Assembly (NCBI GenBank): GCA_910580135.1
Contig: CAJTXC010000002.1
Coordinates: 1 to 39,313, forward strand
Direction of reading: 5' to 3'
DNA from: an uncultured Bacilli bacterium
GTDB taxonomy: Bacteria; Bacillota_I; Bacilli_A; RF39; UBA660
DNA length: 39,313 nucleotides
The position numbers and the translations under genes were made by a program. Shown here in pieces: positions 17,219 through 26,010 of this stretch. The notes beneath the pieces were generated by a model. It did no database searches. It was not told the DNA's origin and saw nothing but the letters and a program-made list of their open reading frames with translations. Position 1 is the first letter of the stretch. Each line of letters begins with the position of its first letter.

Positions 17219-17974
17219 ATGAAGAAAAAATTGAAAATAAAAACTGATAATATTGTGTTAATTATATTAGTTTTAGTGTTCCTATTTGCTATTGCTAAAA
17301 TTACACTATTTGTAGTAGATTTAAATAATAATAAACAAGATAATAAAAAATTAATTGATGAAGTAATTGATAAAAAAATAGATAAAAAAGAAGAAAAAGA
17401 TGATAAGAAAAATTTAGATTTTGATAAGTTATTATCTATTAATAGTGATACTGTTGGTTGGATTAAATTTAATAATGACAAAATAAATAACCCTATTGTA
17501 CATACCAGTGATAATTCATATTATTTAACTCACTCTTTTTATAAGAAAAAGAACCAGGCAGGAGCAATATTTATGGATTATAGAAATAACTCTTTTGATG
17601 ATAAAAATGTAATATTATTCGGACATAATATGAGTGATGACACTATGTTTGGAAGTTTAAAAGATGTATTTAAAGATGACTTTTTTAAGGAGAAAGAAAA
17701 TAATTATATAAAAGTGTATAATAAAGATAATGAGCTTCTAACCTATCAAATTTTTAGTTACTATATAATTGAAAAAGAAGAATATTATATAACTACAACT
17801 TTTAGTAATGATGATGAGTTTAGCAAGTTTATTAATACAATTAGAAAAAGAAGTAAGAAGAATTTTGATGTTAATGTGGATGTAAATGATAATATACTTA
17901 CTCTATCTTCTTGTGAGGGATTTGGCGGAACGACTAAGAGAAAAGTTATACATTTAGTAAGAGTGAATAATTAA
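17219..17974 (+). CDS. srtB: Class B sortase
   Basis: N-terminal TM. DTVGWIKFNNDKINNPIVHTSDNSYYLTHSF, catalytic His in LFGHNM, Cys in LTLSSCEG, and Arg in TKRKVIHLV. Confidence 0.85.
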   Translation: MKKKLKIKTDNIVLIILVLVFLFAIAKITLFVVDLNNNKQDNKKLIDEVIDKKIDKKEEKDDKKNLDFDKLLSINSDTVGWIKFNNDKINNPIVHTSDNSYYLTHSFYKKKNQAGAIFMDYRNNSFDDKNVILFGHNMSDDTMFGSLKDVFKDDFFKEKENNYIKVYNKDNELLTYQIFSYYIIEKEEYYITTTFSNDDEFSKFINTIRKRSKKNFDVNVDVNDNILTLSSCEGFGGTTKRKVIHLVRVNN

Positions 17975-18042
17975 GCTGATAATATGTATCACATCGGTTA
18001 GTTTTATCTGTTTTGTAATTATAATAATATTGGAGGTGTGTT

Positions 18043-18441
18043 ATGAATAATGAAGTTCTTAACGATAATTATGTATCTAAAATAAGTCATATTGTTGGTA
18101 AAGTTCATAATGTTTCTTTTGAAGTATTCTTTGATGATATTAAGATTTTTGAATTAGAAAACTCTATGATCGTGCTTATGAGTATGAGAGATGGTACAGG
18201 AAATATGAGTGCAGTATTATTAGGAGCAAAAGACTTGGAAACTAAAAATACTATTAAAAATATTAATTTAAATGATAAGTATTTAATTACTGGTAATATC
18301 CCTTTTGATTTAGATTATGTATATGAGGGATTAAGGGAAAGAATTAAAGATGATAAGAAAATAAAAAAAGAAATGTTAAAGAATAAAGTGTTATTTGTTA
18401 AAGCAATACAGAAGATAGAACATAAAAGAAACGGGGTGTAA
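18043..18441 (+). CDS. Hypothetical protein, possible OB-fold
   Basis: 132 aa with SD GGAGGTG. SMRDGTGNMSAVLLGAKD resembles the D-x-TG...A-x-x-F strand pattern of nucleic-acid-binding OB folds (weak). Confidence 0.45.
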   Translation: MNNEVLNDNYVSKISHIVGKVHNVSFEVFFDDIKIFELENSMIVLMSMRDGTGNMSAVLLGAKDLETKNTIKNINLNDKYLITGNIPFDLDYVYEGLRERIKDDKKIKKEMLKNKVLFVKAIQKIEHKRNGV

Positions 18442-18446
18442 TAATA

Positions 18447-19115
18447 ATGGATATTGGTGGAGATGAGTTATTTGGTATTGATATTGTAGAAGTATATGAT
18501 TACAGTCTAGATAAAGCTTATAACTTGATTAAAGATAATACAGATTATTTAGATAATATTTCGATTGATGAAGTAAAAGAAATAAAATTTTCTTCTTATA
18601 AAGACATTATTATTTTATTAAGAAATGGTATTTTATTAGTTAATGGGAAAGTAAAACTAGAAAATATAAAGACAATTTGGGCTCTAAGTGGTGTATCTAT
18701 TTTTGCTTTTAGTAATGATAATATTATTACTTGTTTAGTTGGAAAATCTGAAGCTACCAAATTTATTAATAATAATAACTATCAGTATAAAAAAATAATT
18801 ATTACTACTCTTACAATGGTTGCATTGACACACGAGAGGGATATTAAAGTATTTAAAACATTAGTTGATGATGTAATTGACTATAATAGATACTTTGATA
18901 TTGATGATATTGGTTATGTAGAAGAAAATGAAGATGTAGTAGTAATTAAAAATGATAAAGTTTATTCTTTATTTGTTAAATATGATTATTCTAATGATTT
19001 CCCTAGTGTTATGGTTGAGGGAGAGATAGAAGTAAATAAAAAAGTTTATGTAACAGATTCCAATTATATGAACTATACAGAGAATATAATTATGTTAACT
19101 GATAGTAATACCTAA
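18447..19115 (+). CDS. Hypothetical protein with beta-strand repeat pattern
   Basis: 222 aa. Repeated blade-like segments (IIILLRNGILLVNGK, IFAFSNDNIITCLVG, VVVIKNDKVYSLF). No family recognised. Confidence 0.5.
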   Translation: MDIGGDELFGIDIVEVYDYSLDKAYNLIKDNTDYLDNISIDEVKEIKFSSYKDIIILLRNGILLVNGKVKLENIKTIWALSGVSIFAFSNDNIITCLVGKSEATKFINNNNYQYKKIIITTLTMVALTHERDIKVFKTLVDDVIDYNRYFDIDDIGYVEENEDVVVIKNDKVYSLFVKYDYSNDFPSVMVEGEIEVNKKVYVTDSNYMNYTENIIMLTDSNT

Positions 19116-19203
19116 AAAAAGAACAAAATGTTCTTTTTTCTTTATGAGGCGGGATTTTCTAATAAATTGATATTAAAATAATACTATAAAGGAGTGATAA
19201 AAT

Positions 19204-19515
19204 TTGTTAAATCAAACAGTTTTAGTTGGAAGATTAGTAGATATAACTAAAATTAAAAAACTAAAAGATAAAGGTAAAATCTCAATTGTAACCTTAGCAG
19301 TTCCAAGGAACTTTAAAAATTCAGATGGAGAATATGATACAGATTTTATAGATTGTATATTGTATGATGGTATTGCTGAAAACACATGCGAGAATTGTCA
19401 CAAAGGAGATATTCTTGGAATAAAAGGAAGAGTTCAAACTACTAATGATAAAAATATTAAGAATACCGAAATTGTTGCAGAGAAAGTAACATTCTTAACA
19501 AGTTCAAATAAATAA
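19204..19515 (+). CDS. ssb: Single-stranded DNA-binding protein, short form lacking the acidic C-terminal tail
   Basis: TTG start with SD AAGGAG 8 nt upstream. MLNQTVLVGRL...TLAVPRNFKNSDGEYDTDFIDCILY...GDILGIKGRVQT is colinear with the SSB OB domain. Confidence 0.75.
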   Translation: MLNQTVLVGRLVDITKIKKLKDKGKISIVTLAVPRNFKNSDGEYDTDFIDCILYDGIAENTCENCHKGDILGIKGRVQTTNDKNIKNTEIVAEKVTFLTSSNK

Positions 19516-19542
19516 AAGGAAAAACGTAATACTTTAGGTTTT

Positions 19543-19950
19543 ATGGTAATAACAGATAGTGAAATATATATTTTAAAAAATGAAACAAAAGAAAACATTA
19601 CTTCATATTTCTACAATATTATAAATTGTATACATCAAAATGATAGAATTTTATATTTTACCCTTTCTTATTCAAAAGAGGAATTATTAAGTAAGTATAA
19701 AAATTTTAATAAAAAGAATATTAACATTATTTATACCTCTACCCTTTCAATAGATGATATAGAACAATATATTGAAAAATATAGGCCAAATTATATTTTT
19801 GTAGATTACTTTACCTTAACAAAAAATAAAAGACATATGTATATTAACGGTAACAAAATTAAATATGTAAATGATAAAGTAAAAATTTATGAAATTAAAT
19901 ACTCTATTAAAATTTTTATAATTGTAAACTGGATAGATTATAAGGGATAA
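19543..19950 (+). CDS. Hypothetical protein, DnaB/RecA-fold C-terminal-like remnant without Walker A
   Basis: ILYFTLSYSKEELLSKY and RPNYIFVDYFTLT resemble the FSLEMS and IDYLQL segments of DnaB-type helicases. No GxxGxGK[ST] motif is present. Confidence 0.4.
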   Translation: MVITDSEIYILKNETKENITSYFYNIINCIHQNDRILYFTLSYSKEELLSKYKNFNKKNINIIYTSTLSIDDIEQYIEKYRPNYIFVDYFTLTKNKRHMYINGNKIKYVNDKVKIYEIKYSIKIFIIVNWIDYKG

Positions 19951-19991
19951 AGTGAAAATTTTTTTCCATTTTTCCCTTATAATTTTTTAAA

Positions 19992-21563
19992 TTAATCTTT
20001 ATTAAGATTTTTTCCCCTTTTTCTTTCTTCTCTTTTATTCTCTCTTTTACGTTTTCTTACTCTTATCTTCTCACAGTCTTCAGAACAACAAATTTCTTTA
20101 TTTTTTTTATCAAATATTTTTTTACAGATAGGACATCTACCAATTGAACCATTATGTTTTATTTTAAATTCGTTTATTTTATCAGGAATTAACCTATTCA
20201 TAGCAATACATAGATTATTAAAATATTCTACATACATACCATCATCTACACTATCGTGATTAAAGTAATTTTTTTTATCATCTTCGGAAAAAGAATCCTT
20301 CATTTCGGAAATAGTCATACAATTAAATCCGAAAATTTTTGAACAATAAATATTATTATAATAATTTAATGTTTCTTTTATATTAGCAATTTGAGTATTA
20401 TTAATTCGTTTGGATCTAGATTTCCGATTATTTTCTTTAGGGATAAAATTAAATATAGATAATATTCTCTCATCTGCTACTTCACGTTCAGTACATAACG
20501 TATAATACATATAATTATAGACACTATTTACAATTAAATTATTACAAGGTATGATGAATTCATCATTTTCTAACTTAAACATTCTTCTAGTCGCTTCTAA
20601 ATATTCTTTCTCTAACTTCTTAGAAATATAATAAGGGAAACCATATTTTTTTAACCATGACTTGATTATAGAGTGAACTTTCTTTTTTTGATAATAACTA
20701 AATTTAATAATTATTGGAGCTTGTTTTCTATCCTCATAAAAATCTACATTTGATATTTTTGAAAGACTTCTAGAACCATTAGAAAGATTTTTTTTTAAAT
20801 CATCTTTAAAACTACTTTCATCAAGTTTTTCAACTAAGGTATTTTTCATTAATTCTAGTTTTTCAATATTGTGGATAAGAACTTCATTTGCCTTAGTAAT
20901 AATTTCTTTTTCTTCGAAAATATTATATGCAACCATATAATTGCTTAATTTATTATTTATTAAAGATAAAATAGATTCTAATTCTAATAAGTCAGAATAG
21001 ATATTATAATTCTTATATGATTTATTTTCAACTATAATTTCTTCTGGTGTATCACTTAGCGCTAATAAATTACCAAGACAATCTTGTGCTAAATCTATTA
21101 CTTCACTAATTTTTTCTTTATTTAACACTTTATTACTAAGATATAAAGAAGTAAATTTACTTATAAATTTATTAATATTTACTGTCATATCATATTCTGC
21201 ATCTGTTAATTGCTCAACTATAGGAAAATAATACATCTCAGAATATCGACTGGTTAAATCTGATATATCGGTTATTTCATATCTACTTATTACTTTTATT
21301 TTATTTTTTGAGGTTGCCAGTTCAAATAATTTTTTTCCTAAATTTAAGTACGCTTGAAAAAAAGCATCACATTTAATTTTATTTTCATCTCGTTCTTTCC
21401 TATTTATCCCTTTTATATAAGAATACTCCGTTGTATAAACTCCTTTTATGTTGTTTTCATTTAAAACTTCACTAATTGCAACCATATCTTCATCTTTAGA
21501 ATCAATAATCTCATATCTTTCAAACATAGGTAAATTATCAATAAATATAAAAGAATTTTTCAT
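19992..21563 (-). CDS. ORFan, 523 aa, C-terminal C4 zinc ribbon and Lys/Arg-rich tail
   Basis: SD GAGGTGA lies 6 nt upstream. CPICKKIF-x9-CCSEDCEKI is followed by RVRKRKRENKREERKRGK. It is the only leftward gene inside the rightward replication operon. No family recognised. Confidence 0.7.
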   Translation of the reverse strand: MKNSFIFIDNLPMFERYEIIDSKDEDMVAISEVLNENNIKGVYTTEYSYIKGINRKERDENKIKCDAFFQAYLNLGKKLFELATSKNKIKVISRYEITDISDLTSRYSEMYYFPIVEQLTDAEYDMTVNINKFISKFTSLYLSNKVLNKEKISEVIDLAQDCLGNLLALSDTPEEIIVENKSYKNYNIYSDLLELESILSLINNKLSNYMVAYNIFEEKEIITKANEVLIHNIEKLELMKNTLVEKLDESSFKDDLKKNLSNGSRSLSKISNVDFYEDRKQAPIIIKFSYYQKKKVHSIIKSWLKKYGFPYYISKKLEKEYLEATRRMFKLENDEFIIPCNNLIVNSVYNYMYYTLCTEREVADERILSIFNFIPKENNRKSRSKRINNTQIANIKETLNYYNNIYCSKIFGFNCMTISEMKDSFSEDDKKNYFNHDSVDDGMYVEYFNNLCIAMNRLIPDKINEFKIKHNGSIGRCPICKKIFDKKNKEICCSEDCEKIRVRKRKRENKREERKRGKNLNKD

Positions 21564-21802
21564 ATAATATCACCTCAAAAAATTTTTTCAATTTTGGAAT
21601 CACATATAATATAAGGGGTTTCTCCTGATTTGTCGCCATTTTGTACAGTTCTATAAAATAGAATCTGTATATTTTTTTTGGTTAAATATTCTTATCAGCT
21701 GATAAAAAAGCAGAAAAAATAACATCCATATTATATCACTTATTCTGCCTAAAAACTAGAGTTTCTAGAGCTCTAAAAACAATGAAAAAAAGGAGGAATA
21801 TT

Positions 21803-21952
21803 ATGACAAACGTATTGCTCACCAATGAACAAGCTAAAACATTAGCTCACTTTATATATGGTTATTTAAATGACTATATAAAAGATAATGATGAAGCATT
21901 TCAGAGTTTCATTTTTAACATAACAAAGAAAGGAATGATGAATAATGTTTGA
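21803..21952 (+). CDS. Small hypothetical protein (49 aa), below the ORF-track cutoff
   Basis: ATG at 21803 is preceded by AAGGAGG. Its stop overlaps the next ORF's start by 8 nt (coupled). Confidence 0.5.
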   Translation: MTNVLLTNEQAKTLAHFIYGYLNDYIKDNDEAFQSFIFNITKKGMMNNV

Positions 21953-22373
21953 AAATGAAGTAAAGAAGTTTAACACTTTTCAAGAGTATCTTGATGAGGT
22001 GAAAAAAAAGAGAAGTAACTCTTTAGAAAATGGTGTACCATATAAAGGTACTTTAAAAGAAATAAAGGCTAACACCACATACACTATGCAAATACCTAGT
22101 CTAGATTTTATATATGAAATTAATGGGATAGAAGCTGTTGATACATATGTATTTGATATAGATAACCCTAAGTATATAGAATTTACTATAAATAGATTAA
22201 CTGATACTTTGGGTCTTTATGGAGAAATATTTGAAAAGTTTACCGACACTGAAACAGTAGCTGAAACTTATCAACATTTAATAGGTACAGAGGCTATTAT
22301 AAAGCAGCATTTGTATAAAGGGCACTTAAAGTATGAAATTTTAGGCACTGCAAAAACGGGGCTAAATATATAA
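21945..22373 (+). CDS. Hypothetical protein
   Basis: 142 aa, translationally coupled to the small upstream ORF. No family recognised. Confidence 0.55.
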   Translation: MFENEVKKFNTFQEYLDEVKKKRSNSLENGVPYKGTLKEIKANTTYTMQIPSLDFIYEINGIEAVDTYVFDIDNPKYIEFTINRLTDTLGLYGEIFEKFTDTETVAETYQHLIGTEAIIKQHLYKGHLKYEILGTAKTGLNI

Positions 22374-22469
22374 AACATAGGTAAAGGGAGAAAGGGAAGA
22401 TTTGTTAATATTTACAGAATTTTCTCTTCTTCTCTATATACCTGAAATTAATGAGAGGAGAATTAATAT

Positions 22470-24857
22470 ATGAAATTAATGGTTGATAAAGTTGAGTTTA
22501 AAAGCAAACCAAGTGGAAATGAAATAGCTCAAATTCAAAATAGATTTAAAGATGAAAATACACTAAAAGAAATAAGCGTAACAGAACTATTTGACTATAT
22601 AAAAAAAGGATATACTTTTGTTCCCGGTGTTACTAAAGGCGGTGCAAAGAATGAAAATTGGGAGCAACAACAAGTTATCTTTATTGATGTAGATAATGAT
22701 GATAGAAACAATATACTTACACCTAAACAAGCTATATCTAAATTTAAAGAAAAGAATATTGAAGTCCTAGGTTATTACCATACATTTAGTAGTACTAATG
22801 AAATACCACGTTATAGACTTATTTTATTATTAGATAAACCTATAACTGAAAAATCTAAAATGGAATTCATACTGAAGACATTAATAGATTATATAGGTGG
22901 AGATAATGCTTGTAAAAATCTTGCTAGAATTTTTTATGGTACTAATGGAGATGAAAAAGAAGTTATTCTTCTTAACTCTGGAGCTACTATTACATTTGAT
23001 GAAATTATTTCACTAAATAATCAAATTCAAAAAGCTAAAGATTATGGAAATGATTTAAATAAATTAGTAAAAAAGTTTGATTTATTAGAGTACATGAAGA
23101 AAGATAATAATGTTACCTATATTTCAAATGATAGAGTGAATTTTGAAACTTGTTCTATTTGTGGACATAAAGACTGTTTACGTTATTATCCTAAAACGAA
23201 TTCATTTTATTGTTTTGGAAAAAATGGTAATACTGGTGGAACTATTATTGAGTATCTTATGGCAACAAAGAATATGGATAAAAAAGAAGCTATAGAGTAT
23301 TTTAAACATGATATTTTAAGGCTTTCTGATAATCAAGAGAGTAAACCTGATAACTTCGATATACTATTAAAAACTGTAAAAAATCAAATTAAAAGTCTAG
23401 GCTTTCCCGATAATATAGTTAATGAAGAAAACTTTATTTGGATAAGTGAAAATATGAAAATACTTTGTCCTTATCTAGCTGATTTCTTTAGAAAAAATGT
23501 TAATTATATTTTTGTAAAAGATAGAGCTACTCACGAGACACTTAAATACTTTTATTTTAATAATTACTATGAGCGTAAAGCTGATGAAGAAATAAGAGGG
23601 ATTATAAAACAATTTATACCTATGCCTTTACAAAAATCTTCACAATTTAACGAAGTTTTTAATCTACTATTGACTGACTTAAATTTTGTGAATGTAGATG
23701 AACTAAACAAAGAAAATATTATAAACTTTCAAAATGGTATTTTTCATATAGATACGTGGAAGTTAGAAAAGCATTCTCCAAAGTATTTATCTACAATAAG
23801 GATTCCATGTGAATATCATGAAGATGTTCCTACCCCTGAAACTAAGTATTTTGATAACTTTATCAATACACTAACCAACGGAGATAATGAAATTAAAAAA
23901 TTACTGTTTCAAGTAATGGGTGTAGCAATTTCTAATGTTGCAGGTTATAGAATGAAAAAAGCTATTTTAATGTATGGTAAAGGAAATACTGGTAAATCTG
24001 TATTAAAAAACTTTTTAACTTCAATTATTGGAAAAGAAAACTGCACTAATATTGATTTAAAAGAGCTAGAAGATAAATTTGGTAAAATCAATTTATTACA
24101 TAAAAGAATGGCTGGATCTAATGACATGAGTTTCGTTAAAATAAAAGAACTAGAAACTTTTAAACAAGCAGTAGGTGGAGACCTAATACATGGTGCTGAT
24201 AAATTCGAAAAAGCAATTGATTTTAAATTTAAAGGTGTATTCTGGTTTTGTGCAAATGAACTACCAAAATTTGGAGGAGATCAAGGAGACTGGGTTTATG
24301 ACCGATTTATTGTAGTTGAATGCAAAAATGTTATTCCTAATGACAAGCAGGATAAAGAGCTTGTTGAACACCTTTTAGAAGAAAAAGAATACATTGTATC
24401 TCTTGCTTTAAAAGGCTTAAAAGAAGTTATAGACAACAAATATCGTTATGACATACCTCAAAGCTGTATATTGTTAAATGAACAATATAAAATTGATAAC
24501 AATAGCTTTAGAACCTTTTTACAAGAATGTTGTATTGATAGAGTACCTGGAGCAAAAATCGAAGATACGAATTGTACTAAAGGAAAAATACACAAAGTGT
24601 ATAAACAATGGTACAAAGATAATTATCGTGGTGGTTTTTATGAAACAACTAGCGAAATTAAAAAGATTTTAGAAAATATGGATAAATACCATATTATCAA
24701 AACCAATAACGGTAATGAATATTATAAGGACTTTACTTTAAAAGAAGAAATACAACGAGAATACAAAGACCTTTTAGGAATTCTAGATATTCCACCTGTT
24801 GAAACAATAAAACCAGAAGATGTTGGATTAGAAGATATGGATGAATTAACATTCTAA
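22470..24857 (+). CDS. Primase-helicase (prim-pol N-terminal domain, zinc finger, P4/D5-type SF3 helicase)
   Basis: 795 aa. VIFIDVDND acidic motif, CSICGHKDCLRYYPKTNSFYCFG zinc finger, Walker A GKGNTGKS, and downstream WFCANELP. Confidence 0.85.
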   Translation: MKLMVDKVEFKSKPSGNEIAQIQNRFKDENTLKEISVTELFDYIKKGYTFVPGVTKGGAKNENWEQQQVIFIDVDNDDRNNILTPKQAISKFKEKNIEVLGYYHTFSSTNEIPRYRLILLLDKPITEKSKMEFILKTLIDYIGGDNACKNLARIFYGTNGDEKEVILLNSGATITFDEIISLNNQIQKAKDYGNDLNKLVKKFDLLEYMKKDNNVTYISNDRVNFETCSICGHKDCLRYYPKTNSFYCFGKNGNTGGTIIEYLMATKNMDKKEAIEYFKHDILRLSDNQESKPDNFDILLKTVKNQIKSLGFPDNIVNEENFIWISENMKILCPYLADFFRKNVNYIFVKDRATHETLKYFYFNNYYERKADEEIRGIIKQFIPMPLQKSSQFNEVFNLLLTDLNFVNVDELNKENIINFQNGIFHIDTWKLEKHSPKYLSTIRIPCEYHEDVPTPETKYFDNFINTLTNGDNEIKKLLFQVMGVAISNVAGYRMKKAILMYGKGNTGKSVLKNFLTSIIGKENCTNIDLKELEDKFGKINLLHKRMAGSNDMSFVKIKELETFKQAVGGDLIHGADKFEKAIDFKFKGVFWFCANELPKFGGDQGDWVYDRFIVVECKNVIPNDKQDKELVEHLLEEKEYIVSLALKGLKEVIDNKYRYDIPQSCILLNEQYKIDNNSFRTFLQECCIDRVPGAKIEDTNCTKGKIHKVYKQWYKDNYRGGFYETTSEIKKILENMDKYHIIKTNNGNEYYKDFTLKEEIQREYKDLLGILDIPPVETIKPEDVGLEDMDELTF

Positions 24858-24883
24858 TCCAATTTAATCTTAAGGGATATTTA

Positions 24884-25200
24884 TTTCACTAGAAGTGAAA
24901 ATTAAAGTGAAAAATATTCTAATCAAATACTAAGTAGATATTGATAAAATTAACAGTTAAGTGAAAAAGTGAAATTAAATTTATATTTATAATATTTATT
25001 ATTTATATTTTTTAATCAAAAAATAAAATCATTTACAAAATAAATAAATATAAATAATAGAGTTTTTTCACTTTCTCACTAATACCTACTTTTCCTACTT
25101 TATTTACAATAAACAAAACAAAAATAATATTCACTTATATCATCCCTACTTTAATATTTTTATCACTTCATCTACAAAAAAAATCCCTAGTGAAAAAAGC
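24884..25200. other. Putative replication origin: inverted iteron sets flanking a 91-nt AT-rich core
   Basis: AAGTGAAA-type repeats lie at 24894, 24906 and 24960-24974, and inverted at 24884, 25066-25080, 25131 and 25163. CCTACTTT occurs 3 times (25085, 25094, 25145). The core 24975-25065 is almost pure A/T. The region lies immediately 3' of the primase-helicase gene. Confidence 0.65.
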
Positions 25201-25360
25201 ATACGATAATACCAACTTAATTAAGTATAGTATTTTGGGTTCAAAACGCATAAACACGAACTTTAGAACCAGTTCCGAAATGTTTAGGGGTTTTTAACTG
25301 ATTACGGAGGGCTTATTTCTATTAACACCTATATAATTTATTTATAAGGAGGAAATAGAA

Positions 25361-25969
25361 ATGGATAATAGTAGAATTTATGGGTATGTAAGGGTGTCAT
25401 CGAGGCAGCAGCACACAGACCGCCAAGTACAAGCATTAATTGAAAATGGAGTTGATGAAAGATTTATATTCATAGATAAACAAAGTGGGAAAGACTTCAA
25501 CCGTGAACAATACCAAATTTTAAAAAATGCTTTAAGAAATGGAGATACACTATATGTAAAGTCGCTGGATCGATTTGGTAGGAACTATTCCCAAATCATA
25601 GAAGAATATTCTTCTATTGTAGATTTAGGGGTTAATCTTGTTATTTTAGATATGCCTCTTCTTGATACCAGACAAAATGATGATTTAATGCGCAAATTTG
25701 TAAATAATTTAGTTTTACAGATTTTAAGTTTTGTCGCAGAAAATGAACGTAAATACATAAAAAGTAGACAGGCTGAGGGAATTTCTATAGCAAAAGCAAA
25801 AGGAGTTAAATTTGGAAGACCAAGAATAGACTATCCAGAAAATTGGAATAGTGTCATTAAGCGTTGGGAAAACAAAGAAATTACTGGAGTTCAAGCTCAA
25901 AGAGAACTAGGACTTAAACATAATACATTTTATAACCTATACAGAAAACAACAAGAAATGAAAAAGTAG
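25361..25969 (+). CDS. Small serine recombinase (resolvase/invertase family)
   Basis: 202 aa. IYGYVRVSSRQQHTDRQ catalytic motif, SLDRFGRN, and a C-terminal HTH. SD AAGGAGG. Confidence 0.9.
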   Translation: MDNSRIYGYVRVSSRQQHTDRQVQALIENGVDERFIFIDKQSGKDFNREQYQILKNALRNGDTLYVKSLDRFGRNYSQIIEEYSSIVDLGVNLVILDMPLLDTRQNDDLMRKFVNNLVLQILSFVAENERKYIKSRQAEGISIAKAKGVKFGRPRIDYPENWNSVIKRWENKEITGVQAQRELGLKHNTFYNLYRKQQEMKK

Positions 25970-26010
25970 TAATCAGTACATCTAAACTAAAAAAGAAAAG
26001 AGTGATATAA

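Noticed and set aside
14470-19960. Isolated AGTGAAA/TTTCACT motifs near the left end of the element (about 14485) and after the 19543-19950 gene (19951), considered as extra iterons or pac-like sites.
   Set aside because: A single 7-mer of this composition is expected about ten times in the window by chance. Only the cluster at 24884-25200 is significant.
25230-25300. Hin/Gin-type hix/gix-like crossover site upstream of the small recombinase.
   Set aside because: Only 4-bp arms (GAAC-CA-GTTC) and loose similarity to TTATCAAAAACC-type half sites are present. That is too weak to call a specific site, so I kept it only as a low-confidence note in the tandem-recombinase finding.
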